A stretch of 38,355 nt of DNA. It comes from a virus. Its lineage: Duplodnaviria > Heunggongvirae > Uroviricota > Caudoviricetes. Under the pieces are notes generated by a model. The model was not told the origin of the DNA. It saw nothing but the letters and a program-made list of their open reading frames with translations, and made no database searches. A program made the position numbers and the translations under genes. Positions 24,314 through 33,408 of this stretch are shown piece after piece (position 1 is the stretch's first letter; each line of letters begins with the position of its first letter). The stretch covers positions 117,708-156,062 of IMG/VR virus record IMGVR_UViG_3300031999_007842. One strand, given 5' to 3'.

Positions 24314-25007
24314 AACAGAACTAATGATCCAACTAACCTACAAATGCAATCTCCAATGTAGGCATTGTTCTTATGGGGACCTAGTTGATAGACCAGATAT
24401 TTCATTTGAACAGATCGATCTCTTTCTGAAGAAACAGAAACCTGTCCTTGTTAAACTTAGTGGTGGAGAACCTACCATATCTCCACTCTTCTCTGATGCT
24501 ATTTATCTAGCAAAGAAATGCAATGCTAGGGTGATTTCTTTTACTAATGGAACAGGAAACCCTGAGATAGATCCAGATGCTTATTGGCTTTCTGTATATG
24601 GAAAAGCAGAATGGAATCATAAGATAGTGGGCAAGAATATTTGGAATCAAGTAGATAGTTTCATGAGATCTCACAAGGTAGACTTTCTATGCAGTCCTAT
24701 CTTTAATGAAGAACAAGTGAAATCTCTTGTTGAATTAAAAGAATATTCAGGAATTCCTCTAAGAGTTACACGGCTACTTCCTCATGGTCTAACCAAGGAG
24801 GCGTTAAGTCTTTCTGAACAGAGAAATTTAGTGGAGAAATACGGACTTAATGATCCACCTAATTTAGCTACTTGCAGTCTAGGTTATCCTCCATTCAAGT
24901 GTAATAGAAAAGCTTGTTTAAGGCCCGACAATACTCAGATAGTGTGTACTAGTATGGTAAGGGGAAAGAATCTTTGCCCATACTTCAGAAGGGATACAAA
25001 TGAATAA
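24300..25007 (+). CDS. Radical SAM enzyme with Cys-rich C-terminal (SPASM/twitch-like) extension
   Basis: CNLQCRHC (CxxxCxxC), LSGGEP; C-terminal CSLG-x5-C...ACLRPD...VC...LCP. Confidence 0.9.
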   Translation: MLQNKTELMIQLTYKCNLQCRHCSYGDLVDRPDISFEQIDLFLKKQKPVLVKLSGGEPTISPLFSDAIYLAKKCNARVISFTNGTGNPEIDPDAYWLSVYGKAEWNHKIVGKNIWNQVDSFMRSHKVDFLCSPIFNEEQVKSLVELKEYSGIPLRVTRLLPHGLTKEALSLSEQRNLVEKYGLNDPPNLATCSLGYPPFKCNRKACLRPDNTQIVCTSMVRGKNLCPYFRRDTNE

Positions 25008-27651
25008 GAAGACTAAGGGAGTCTGGACTTGCATCAAATATAAGGATGAAGTTGTAGATGAAAGTCTATCAGAAACAGATCCAAAGAAACGTAGACCTAC
25101 AATCTATCTCTGGGTAAGAGATGAGGATCTTAAGAGGCATAGACTGGTCCTCAAGGGGTTCAAACCTTACTTCTATACGATCACTGCTATCAAAAGCGAT
25201 GCTAACTATATCTTTGAAATGCCCGAAATAGAGAACTATGAACTGGTAGAGTTTGGGAAGAGCAAACTTTACCGTATTTTCACTTATATCCCTGGGTTTG
25301 TAACTAAGGTAAAGAGGGTAATTCAGACTAGCTTTGCCCAAGCTGCTGTTAAGGAAGGTGATGTCCTCTTTGAATTGAGATACCTGATAGACCAAGGACT
25401 TCGGGGAGAGATTGATTGGTATGATATCAGTAATCCTGTTGGTATCAATGAAGATCTAGCAATTCCTCTAAGAAAGATCTATATTGACACAGAGATCTGG
25501 GCAATAAAAATCGTCGATGGTGGACACATGTGGACCAAAGAGTACATCAAATGTCTCACAGCCTATGATAGTTATGAGAAGATCTACTATACATGGTACT
25601 TCAATGACTATAATCTAGAGATAAAGGGAGATGATACCTGGAAGATATTTTGGTGCAGAACCATTGAAGAAATGATGACTGGGTTCCTAGAGTATGTAAA
25701 AGAGAGAGATCCAGATGTCATAACTGGTTACAACGTTGATTTTGACTTACTTAATATTAGACAAGAATCTCTAAGGAGAGGACTTAGCAAAGAGTTCAAT
25801 TATCTATCAGCATTGTCAGATTTACATTATGGAATCAGAGGCCCTGTAATGAAGAAGCATCGTATTAGAGGTGCTGATTGGTCTAGACGCGGGCTTCTTC
25901 TAGATGGAAGAGAAGTAATAGATATTCTGGACTGTGTTCGTATGATCTCACGTTCTCAACTTAGATCTTACACACTAGATTACGTAGCCAAGAAGTTCAT
26001 CGATAAGACAGAAGGCAAGGTAACTTACAAAGGGAAACCAATAGCTCCTAATCTTACTTCAGTCTGGGAAGAAGCTCCAGAGGAAGTCCTGAAGTATAAT
26101 AAACATGACGTAGAACTAATAGTCAAACTCGATCAGAAGAATGACCTCATAGATTTCTTAGACATGCTAAGGAAGACTGTTGGTGTAAGGTTAGAGGACG
26201 CATTCTCTAACCAACGAATGATAGATTCGGAAGCTCTGAGAAGAAGGAAGTTTCCCTTACCATCCAAGTTCTCTAGCAAGAAGGACGAAAAGGGAACATA
26301 CAAAGGTGCCCTAGTCGTCACGCCTATACTAGGTTTGCATAAATGGGTGATTTGTCTAGATTATAGATCTCTATATCCCTCAATCATCAGAACATTCAAC
26401 ATAGATACTGATTCCTACGTTGTTGATCCAAGGTTCCTTCCTAAAGGGAGAGAAGTCTACAAGTTCTCTAATGCAGATGATTCGAAAACCTGGCTATTTG
26501 TCAAGAATCCTAGAGGTCTGTTTCCACAGATGCTAGATGATTTCACTGCTTTACGAGACTCTCTGAGGGCTAAATTAGAGAAGGAGAAAGATCCAGATAA
26601 GAAACACCTTTTGGATACAAAGCAAGAAGTTATCAAAGTCTTGTCTAATGCTGTATATGGAGCATTTGGTTATAGATCCAGGAAGCATAATCTCGAAGTT
26701 GCTGAGGCTATCACAGCCTTCGGTCAGAAGATGATTAAGTTTGCTGCTGACGTAGCTGTCGAAATGGGTTTCACTGTAATCTATGGTGATACAGACTCAG
26801 TGTTTGTCTGTTCAGGGAAGAATAATTATGGTGAAACTTTCAATGAAGGAACTAGGCTACAAGACGAGATCATGAGGAGAATTCCGAAGCTAACCTATCA
26901 ATTTAGTGTAGATGAGAAAAACTTATTTTCCATTTCTCTAGAGAAGGTATACGACAGTTTCTTCATGGCAGTGAAAAAGCGTTACTGTGGAAGAATAATC
27001 CAAAGGGATCGCAAGACGAAACTAGAAGTTAAAGGTCTAGATACCAAGAGAAGCGACACTTCTGAGTTTGCAGGAGAACTACAGCAAAAACTATTGGAGA
27101 CACTTCTAGATGGGAGGTCAAAGACAGAACTTGCTGCGCAGATCTCTACAGAACTAAATGGAATAGACAAGCTTCCTCTAGAGAAGATAGGTGTGCCTTC
27201 TGCTATTTCAAAACCATTGAAGAAAGGCTATAAGAAGAATCCAATTCAGAAGAGAGCTGCTGATAATTCCAACACTTATCTAGACACGCACTTTGACTAT
27301 GGTTCCAAACCATTGAGAATTTATATCAAAGTCCCGGAAAGAGAGAAGATATTTCCAAGAAGTGGAAAGAAGACAGAAGAAGAAAAGACAGAACAGGAAA
27401 GACAGCTCAAAGGTTTGAATGTGATAGCCTTCGACAATACAACTAAGATGCCAGACTGGGCTCAGATAGATTATCCTAAGGTACTAACACTCACAGTCAA
27501 ACCAAAGATAGATAAGTTCCTTGAATCATTGGAGATTGCCTGGGACGAAATCGATATATTATTAAGACCAGAGTTTCAAAGGAAAAAGAAAGGAAAGGAA
27601 GTTCCAAAGACAACTTTAGATGATTTCATGGGAGGAAAAACTATTGCTTAA
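25000..27651 (+). CDS. polB: Family B DNA polymerase with proofreading exonuclease
   Basis: ExoI YIDTE, ExoII TGYNVDFDL, ExoIII YNKHDV; LDYRSLYPSII, KVLSNAVYG, YGDTDS, KKRY, KGLDTKRSD; C-terminal PIP-like TTLDDFM; no intein. Confidence 0.97.
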   Translation: MNKKTKGVWTCIKYKDEVVDESLSETDPKKRRPTIYLWVRDEDLKRHRLVLKGFKPYFYTITAIKSDANYIFEMPEIENYELVEFGKSKLYRIFTYIPGFVTKVKRVIQTSFAQAAVKEGDVLFELRYLIDQGLRGEIDWYDISNPVGINEDLAIPLRKIYIDTEIWAIKIVDGGHMWTKEYIKCLTAYDSYEKIYYTWYFNDYNLEIKGDDTWKIFWCRTIEEMMTGFLEYVKERDPDVITGYNVDFDLLNIRQESLRRGLSKEFNYLSALSDLHYGIRGPVMKKHRIRGADWSRRGLLLDGREVIDILDCVRMISRSQLRSYTLDYVAKKFIDKTEGKVTYKGKPIAPNLTSVWEEAPEEVLKYNKHDVELIVKLDQKNDLIDFLDMLRKTVGVRLEDAFSNQRMIDSEALRRRKFPLPSKFSSKKDEKGTYKGALVVTPILGLHKWVICLDYRSLYPSIIRTFNIDTDSYVVDPRFLPKGREVYKFSNADDSKTWLFVKNPRGLFPQMLDDFTALRDSLRAKLEKEKDPDKKHLLDTKQEVIKVLSNAVYGAFGYRSRKHNLEVAEAITAFGQKMIKFAADVAVEMGFTVIYGDTDSVFVCSGKNNYGETFNEGTRLQDEIMRRIPKLTYQFSVDEKNLFSISLEKVYDSFFMAVKKRYCGRIIQRDRKTKLEVKGLDTKRSDTSEFAGELQQKLLETLLDGRSKTELAAQISTELNGIDKLPLEKIGVPSAISKPLKKGYKKNPIQKRAADNSNTYLDTHFDYGSKPLRIYIKVPEREKIFPRSGKKTEEEKTEQERQLKGLNVIAFDNTTKMPDWAQIDYPKVLTLTVKPKIDKFLESLEIAWDEIDILLRPEFQRKKKGKEVPKTTLDDFMGGKTIA

Positions 27652-28087
27652 ATTTCCCTGCTTAGCATTCAAAGAGAATAGAATGATATTGTCAAGAGAA
27701 GAACTAGTGACGAAACTTAATGAAGCTAATGAGGTAGGGAAAAGTTGTGAAGTTGGCTTCTATGCATTCTCTACTTGGTGGAATCTAGATCCTGTTAAAG
27801 AAAGTGTAGTTATTGACAAAGTAATCTATCGAGGTTCTCAAGAGGTCCTAGAAAAACTAGCTGAGAGGAAACTGAAGGAAGGAATAGAATCAACACTTAT
27901 CTTTGATGGAGATAGAACTTTACTCTTTACAAAGGAACCTCAAGAGAAACTCACGGATCTAATGCAAATCAAGGAGCCGGGAACAGAGGTTATTTTAGAT
28001 ATAGATAAGAAGTTCATCTTCCCAGGTTACAGGAATCTTAAAACAGGTCAGATGAGTAAGATAGTAAAGAAGTGGAAATTGGAATGA
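27644..28087 (+). CDS. Degenerate archaeo-eukaryotic primase (PriS)-fold protein, catalytic motifs lost
   Basis: FP...EEL...C.VGFYAF...VIDKVIY...LIFDG...D..K...PG.RNLKTG follows the viral AEP layout, but DxD and SG-x-G-x-H are absent. TTG start at 27644 with GGAGG 8 nt upstream (track start 27620). Confidence 0.5.
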   Translation: MLKFPCLAFKENRMILSREELVTKLNEANEVGKSCEVGFYAFSTWWNLDPVKESVVIDKVIYRGSQEVLEKLAERKLKEGIESTLIFDGDRTLLFTKEPQEKLTDLMQIKEPGTEVILDIDKKFIFPGYRNLKTGQMSKIVKKWKLE

Positions 28088-29127
28088 AGAAAGTAGTCTG
28101 GATCTCAGATTTCCCCTTAAGAGGTTCGTCCTTTGGTTCTGTAACCTATGATCTACTTACAAGGATGCCCAAAGAATACTACTTTGAAGTTCTAAGTCTA
28201 GGGTATGAGGGAATGCCACTGAAGATAGCAGACAACATAAGAGTCTTCGAACTCAAGAAGTCATACCAATTAAAATACTATTATTCAAAACTGAAACCAG
28301 ACATTTCTGTAGTTTTCCATTCATTTTGGATGCTCGAGTCAATGATTGATCAAATTGAAAATATGGCAGGAAAGAAGATCCTGTATCTCCCTTGTGAAGG
28401 AGAAGATATCCCATATCAATATCAGAAGCACTTTGCTCGCTTTGACACAATTTGCACGCCTTCAGAGTTCTCTAGAAAGATAATGAAGAAGTGTGGGATA
28501 AATGCAATAGTGATTCCACATGGCGTAGACACTAATTTCTTTGTACCTAAATCGAAGGAATGGCATGAGTTCAGATTTGGCTACATAGGACTTAACGATA
28601 TACGCAAGCAAATCCCTAGAGTAATGGAAGCATACTCTAGAGTTAAACAAGGAATGCTTGTAATAGCTGCTGATAATGTAGGGCACTATGATCTAACCCA
28701 GTTAGCCAAGCAATATCAAATCTCACCAATATTCATTGAAGCTAAACTTAACGGCCTAACTTTGAACAGAGAAGCTGTGCGAGACTTCCTACAATCACTT
28801 GATATCTATATCTCACCTGCTTCAGAATCATTTGGTCTTCCAGCACTTGAGGCTCAGGCTTGTGGTGTACCAGTCATAGCATCTTCTCATGGAGCTGCAC
28901 AAGAAGTGTTAGGAAATGGGGCAGTATATTGTGGAGTATCTGATTTTCTAGAGACTTCAGTAGGCAAGATAGGACTTATAAGTACTGCTGATCTCTATCG
29001 TAAGATGAGATTCATGGTACAAGTCAAGGATGCCTTGGATAGGACTTCAGTAAAAGCTCTCAATAATTCAAAGAAATGGTCCTGGGAGAACGCTGTCAAA
29101 AAGATGGTGGAGGTGTTTGAATCATAA
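28084..29127 (+). CDS. Glycosyltransferase family 4 (GT-B)
   Basis: WISDFP...FGSVT, IPHGVDT, RKQIP, ESFGLPALEAQACGVP. Confidence 0.92.
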   Translation: MKKVVWISDFPLRGSSFGSVTYDLLTRMPKEYYFEVLSLGYEGMPLKIADNIRVFELKKSYQLKYYYSKLKPDISVVFHSFWMLESMIDQIENMAGKKILYLPCEGEDIPYQYQKHFARFDTICTPSEFSRKIMKKCGINAIVIPHGVDTNFFVPKSKEWHEFRFGYIGLNDIRKQIPRVMEAYSRVKQGMLVIAADNVGHYDLTQLAKQYQISPIFIEAKLNGLTLNREAVRDFLQSLDIYISPASESFGLPALEAQACGVPVIASSHGAAQEVLGNGAVYCGVSDFLETSVGKIGLISTADLYRKMRFMVQVKDALDRTSVKALNNSKKWSWENAVKKMVEVFES

Positions 29128-29552
29128 GTACTCGTATAACTGGAACCTTTGCCAATCCTAGATTTTTAGGAGTAAAGGATATTGACCCTATTCTCAAGAA
29201 GCGGAATGACGAATTGACAGATGAAGAACTCTGGGAGAAGATTCTTGGTGGAGGATACGAGCAACCTTATTGCCCAGATTGCCACTTCAAAATGTTAGTT
29301 ACTCAGTTTATTATGGAATATCAACTAAGTTCACCGTACATGGTTGGAATAAATGCACCTTTTTCTGTAGGATCCTGGAACGTGCTAGCCAGTCCACCTA
29401 TTATAAAGATAGAGATACAATGCCCTAACTGTCGTCTTCTCATCAAGGGAGTTGGAATAGGTCTAAGATTTGAAGGGGACGCATATTATCTTGCGATACT
29501 CAAGGTAATCGAGAAACAACGAGCTGATATACCATGGCCCTTCCAGATGTAA
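29124..29552 (+). CDS. Zn-ribbon protein, start uncertain (ATA 29124, ATT 29181 or TTG 29214)
   Basis: CPDC...CPNC; the frame is open from 29121; strong GGAGGTG at 29109-29115. Confidence 0.6.
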   Translation: MSTRITGTFANPRFLGVKDIDPILKKRNDELTDEELWEKILGGGYEQPYCPDCHFKMLVTQFIMEYQLSSPYMVGINAPFSVGSWNVLASPPIIKIEIQCPNCRLLIKGVGIGLRFEGDAYYLAILKVIEKQRADIPWPFQM

Positions 29553-30040
29553 GGATACCGCCAATCTATAGAGAAGACTATGAAGTCCACTGGGGCAAGA
29601 TAGACTATAAAGGAAAGAGGGTTCTAGACACCGGCGCCTCAAATGGAGACACTGCAGACTTCTTTCTAAGACATGGAGCAAAGGATGTCGTTGCTGTTGA
29701 AGGCGATGATAAACTTTATCCTCTACTTGAATCAAATGCTAAGAAAATTACAGAAATAATTCCTATTAGTATGTGGATAGAGAATAAAGAGCAATGGCAG
29801 GAATTGATAAATATCTGGAAGCCAGATGTGATCAAGTCAGACTGTGAAGGTTGTGAGGCAACACTCTTTCTGATTGAAAATAACGTCTGGTGTCTTGTTC
29901 CTGAATATATCATTGAAGTACATGGGAAAGAGATAAGAGAACTCATGCTCAAGAAATGTCTTGAGAATAACTATGAGATAGTAAATATTAATGCCTGGGC
30001 AAAAGATGCAGCTACAATCATCTATGCTCGCAAGAAATAA
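29534..30040 (+). CDS. SAM-dependent methyltransferase (FkbM-like)
   Basis: VLDTGASNGDTA, VVAVEGD, DVIKSDCEGCE. Confidence 0.85.
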   Translation: MALPDVRIPPIYREDYEVHWGKIDYKGKRVLDTGASNGDTADFFLRHGAKDVVAVEGDDKLYPLLESNAKKITEIIPISMWIENKEQWQELINIWKPDVIKSDCEGCEATLFLIENNVWCLVPEYIIEVHGKEIRELMLKKCLENNYEIVNINAWAKDAATIIYARKK

Positions 30041-30076
30041 AAGGGTCTTGGGATGAATAGTAATGGAGGATCGAGA

Positions 30077-30364
30077 ATGAGTACCGAAAAGCCAGAACAA
30101 GAAAAAGTTCGCGAGGTACATGGCTTCCAGTGTATGTTCTGTGGAGAGATCCACACTACCAAAGATGAAGCAGAACTTTGCTGGCAGAGGCATGTCCAAT
30201 TTCAGTTTGAACCTTACTTCACAATGGATGATGAATTCCCTATAGAAGTTCTAGTCAAGAAGATAGAGGGAAATCGTTATACCACAATAGCAACTTACAG
30301 TCTAAAAGGAAAAGAGAAGGTAGACTTACCAGTAAAAGAGGAACCTGCAAATGAGCAAGAATAA
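30077..30364 (+). CDS. C2H2-like Zn-finger protein
   Basis: FQCMFCGEIHTTKDEAELCWQRH; GGAGG 7 nt before the ATG at 30077. Confidence 0.65.
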   Translation: MSTEKPEQEKVREVHGFQCMFCGEIHTTKDEAELCWQRHVQFQFEPYFTMDDEFPIEVLVKKIEGNRYTTIATYSLKGKEKVDLPVKEEPANEQE

Positions 30365-31721
30365 AGTATTAGAAGGATATGAAAAGCAGAAGACATCAGA
30401 TGGAAAAGTAATCATGGTGCCTTCAGATCAGAAAATAGAAGCCCTTAAGAAAGATATCAATACCCAAATACAGGCACAGAAGACCTACAAGGACATGAGG
30501 ATCTTGTGGCATTCAGTAGCTCCCTACATCAATTCAGGGTATGGAACCGTCACACGATACTTCATGACTGGACTACTTAATAGAGGCTTTGTAGGAATGG
30601 TCTCGGCCTATTATGGATTGCAGCCAGGAGGCATGATTAACTGGAAAGGCCTTTATGTCTTACCAGTACAAAAAACCAGCAGCGACCAATTAGGGTTTGC
30701 ATCTACAGCGGAGCATTACAAGAGATTCAAATGTGATCTAGGAATATTTCATGCTGACTTCTGGGTATCATACCAGTTCGCTAAGAGAATACCTCATTCA
30801 CTTTGCTATTCGCCAGTGGACCATGAAAAGTACCCCGGGAAATGGCTAGAAGTATTACGAGCTTATAAATGGGTTGCAGTTCCATCCATGCATGCACAGA
30901 AGGAACTTAAGAAGTGCGGACTTGAAGCAACCTTTGTTCCCCATGGAGTAGATACACAAGCTTATCACCCATTAGACCAAGCCCTTAGTAGAAAGGCTTA
31001 CACGCTCTCACCTGACAGGTTTGTAATAGGAATAGTGGCAGCTAACAATGATGATGAGACAAGGAAAGCTTGGGATGCTAATTTCCAGGCAATTAAGTAT
31101 TTCTTTGAACAGAATCCGGAAGCTGTGAAGGATACAGATGTGTTTGTCCACACTGACCCTGAGAATGAGAGAGGTAGAAACCTAGTGGAACTATCCAGAC
31201 AGATAGGCATTGAGAAGTCAATAATCTGGAATGATCGTTACACCGCTTCACTTTTGACCCTGCCAGAAAGTGCAATGTGCAAGCTTTACAATTGCTTCGA
31301 TGTTTTCCTATTACTATCGAGAAGAGAAGGCTTCTGTATTCCTGCTCTTGAAGCTCAGGCCTGTGGAGTACCATGCATACTTAATGACTTCTCAGCATTG
31401 TCTGAGAGAAATGACTTCGGACGATGTGGTTGGTTAACTAAACCTGCTACATACGTGTATTCACCACTTAACGCTATAACTTCAATCCCAGATCCCTACA
31501 AAGGTGCTGATGCATTAGCAGAAGCATATAAGAATGAGGCTAAGAGAAAGATGTTTGGCAAACGAGCATTGGCTTTTGCCAAAAGACAGACATGGGACAT
31601 TGCACTCGATAAACATATGATGCCTTTGCTAAAGAAGATCTTTGAAGAGATCCCAGGGATGGAAGAAAGAGCTAAGGACATGGAGAAACCTAAAGTACTC
31701 ACCACTGGTGAAAAGGAGTGA
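30351..31721 (+). CDS. Glycosyltransferase family 4 (GT-B)
   Basis: LWHSVAPYINSGYG, VPHGVDT, TRKAW, EGFCIPALEAQACGVP. Confidence 0.93.
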   Translation: MSKNKVLEGYEKQKTSDGKVIMVPSDQKIEALKKDINTQIQAQKTYKDMRILWHSVAPYINSGYGTVTRYFMTGLLNRGFVGMVSAYYGLQPGGMINWKGLYVLPVQKTSSDQLGFASTAEHYKRFKCDLGIFHADFWVSYQFAKRIPHSLCYSPVDHEKYPGKWLEVLRAYKWVAVPSMHAQKELKKCGLEATFVPHGVDTQAYHPLDQALSRKAYTLSPDRFVIGIVAANNDDETRKAWDANFQAIKYFFEQNPEAVKDTDVFVHTDPENERGRNLVELSRQIGIEKSIIWNDRYTASLLTLPESAMCKLYNCFDVFLLLSRREGFCIPALEAQACGVPCILNDFSALSERNDFGRCGWLTKPATYVYSPLNAITSIPDPYKGADALAEAYKNEAKRKMFGKRALAFAKRQTWDIALDKHMMPLLKKIFEEIPGMEERAKDMEKPKVLTTGEKE

Positions 31722-32530
31722 GAATAGGCTGGATATCCTCACGCACCTGGCCAACGTCAGTCGGTGGTGCTGAGGCAACAGATTTTACCTACATTCAGGA
31801 AGGAAAGAAAAGAGGACATGAAATTGCTTTCCTTCGCTCTTATGATCCAACATGTGATTTCTTTGTTCTCTCGAATGTTCATGATTGGCCAGTTAAGTTC
31901 GTTGAAGGAATCCTGAGAAATGCCTCTTATGCTCTATACAGGCATGATGCCTTCAATATAATATACCAGCAGCCATACTTCAAGAATCCTTTTGTTGTCG
32001 TCTTTATGTCTCCTCTCCAAAAAGATTTCTACTTACAGAGAATTAATGTCAAGAAATATTTTCTAACACCATGTGCCTTACAGGATCTAGACCAATACAA
32101 GACTGGAGAAAAGAAGACAGATCACTATGTATACATAGGAGATCTTCTTGATCACAAAGGACTTCGCAATATAATTCAATATGCAATAGAAAATCCTCAT
32201 GAGAAGTTTGTACTTTATGGTAAGAGGTTTCAGAGCCTTGACCTCCCGAAAAACACTCAATACCTAGGAGAACTTAAGCCTGAAGAGATCCCTGATATTT
32301 TGAACAAGGCGAAGCACTACATCTCTCTCCCTTCATTAATAGACACATGCCCTAGAACAGTAACTGGAGCTTACTTGAGTGGATGTAAGATAATCTATAA
32401 TAACAATGTAGGACTCTTCTCGTGGGATTGGGATTGGCCTACAATGACAAGAGTGAAACTCAAGCAAATTCTTATGGAAGCTCCAACTAAGTTCTGGGCG
32501 AATCTAGAAGGTGCATACACTGAGCGATGA
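31718..32530 (+). CDS. Glycosyltransferase (GT-B) with degenerate E-x7-E motif
   Basis: GGAEAT N-terminus, YIGDLLDHKG, DTCPRTVTGAYLSGC. Confidence 0.75.
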   Translation: MRIGWISSRTWPTSVGGAEATDFTYIQEGKKRGHEIAFLRSYDPTCDFFVLSNVHDWPVKFVEGILRNASYALYRHDAFNIIYQQPYFKNPFVVVFMSPLQKDFYLQRINVKKYFLTPCALQDLDQYKTGEKKTDHYVYIGDLLDHKGLRNIIQYAIENPHEKFVLYGKRFQSLDLPKNTQYLGELKPEEIPDILNKAKHYISLPSLIDTCPRTVTGAYLSGCKIIYNNNVGLFSWDWDWPTMTRVKLKQILMEAPTKFWANLEGAYTER

Positions 32531-33408
32531 ATCCAGAGGAGGAAATCCAGATGAAAGTGGCCCTATTCTTTGATGTGTATGGTTGGTGCTTCGAGACTGA
32601 ATGCGAGGGACTAAAGAAGTATTCAAAATATCAATGTGATACATTCGCTGGAGTTCCAGATGGAAGAATGGAGCTAAGTCCGGAAGTGCTAAGTGACTAT
32701 GACATTGTCTTCTTCTCATGCCCAGAACTATTCGCACCCTATCAAAAGTTTCCTAGAACAGCTAAGGTTGTTTGTGGAGTAGCCTCGTTGAATGGGGTGG
32801 GAGCAACAGATGGAAAAGCTGATGTTTACAATGGAGTATCTAGGGAGATTGCTGATTTAGTGCAAGCACGATTCCCACGGAAGAAGGTAGTGTATATCCC
32901 AGATGGTGTGGATCCTGAAATATTCAAACCTCTGAATCTAGAGCATTCGTTTACGATCGGATGGGCAGGAAACTTTCCGAGAAGAGAGAAACGAACTTAC
33001 CTTCTCAAGAGTCTTGATTATCCGGTCAAAATAAAGAGTGACCTTATCTATCAAACAGGCATGAACAAAATAGCGATGGTGCAGTTCTATAATTCTATAG
33101 ATATAGTCCTCCTTGTCTCTGCTTCAGAAGGATGCTCACTTGTACCTTTAGAAGCTGCTGCTTGCAAGGCTGCATTTGTAGGGACTGCGACAGGAACAGT
33201 ATTGGATTACATCCCTGCCCGTTGGTTAGTACCTTGCAATCCAGAAGAGATAGTAATCAAAGAACTTAATGAAAAGCTACACATGTTAGAGGATAATTCC
33301 AGTCTCCTCCTATCCTACAAGGAACAACTCCATAAGAAGGTACTTGAAGAGTACACCTGGAAGGCTATAGTCAAGCAACATGAAGCACTGTGGGAGAGTC
33401 TAATATGA
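32527..33408 (+). CDS. Glycosyltransferase family 4 (GT-B)
   Basis: IPDGVDPEIFKP, IGWAGN, EKR, EGCSLVPLEAAAC. Confidence 0.9.
   Translation: MNPEEEIQMKVALFFDVYGWCFETECEGLKKYSKYQCDTFAGVPDGRMELSPEVLSDYDIVFFSCPELFAPYQKFPRTAKVVCGVASLNGVGATDGKADVYNGVSREIADLVQARFPRKKVVYIPDGVDPEIFKPLNLEHSFTIGWAGNFPRREKRTYLLKSLDYPVKIKSDLIYQTGMNKIAMVQFYNSIDIVLLVSASEGCSLVPLEAAACKAAFVGTATGTVLDYIPARWLVPCNPEEIVIKELNEKLHMLEDNSSLLLSYKEQLHKKVLEEYTWKAIVKQHEALWESLI

Noticed and set aside
16510-27651. Possible inteins or introns in NrdJ, the RadA-like protein or PolB, given the free-standing HNH at 10645
   Set aside because: Protein lengths are normal, conserved motifs are contiguous, and no C/S...HN-C/S/T splice junctions or LAGLIDADG blocks were seen.
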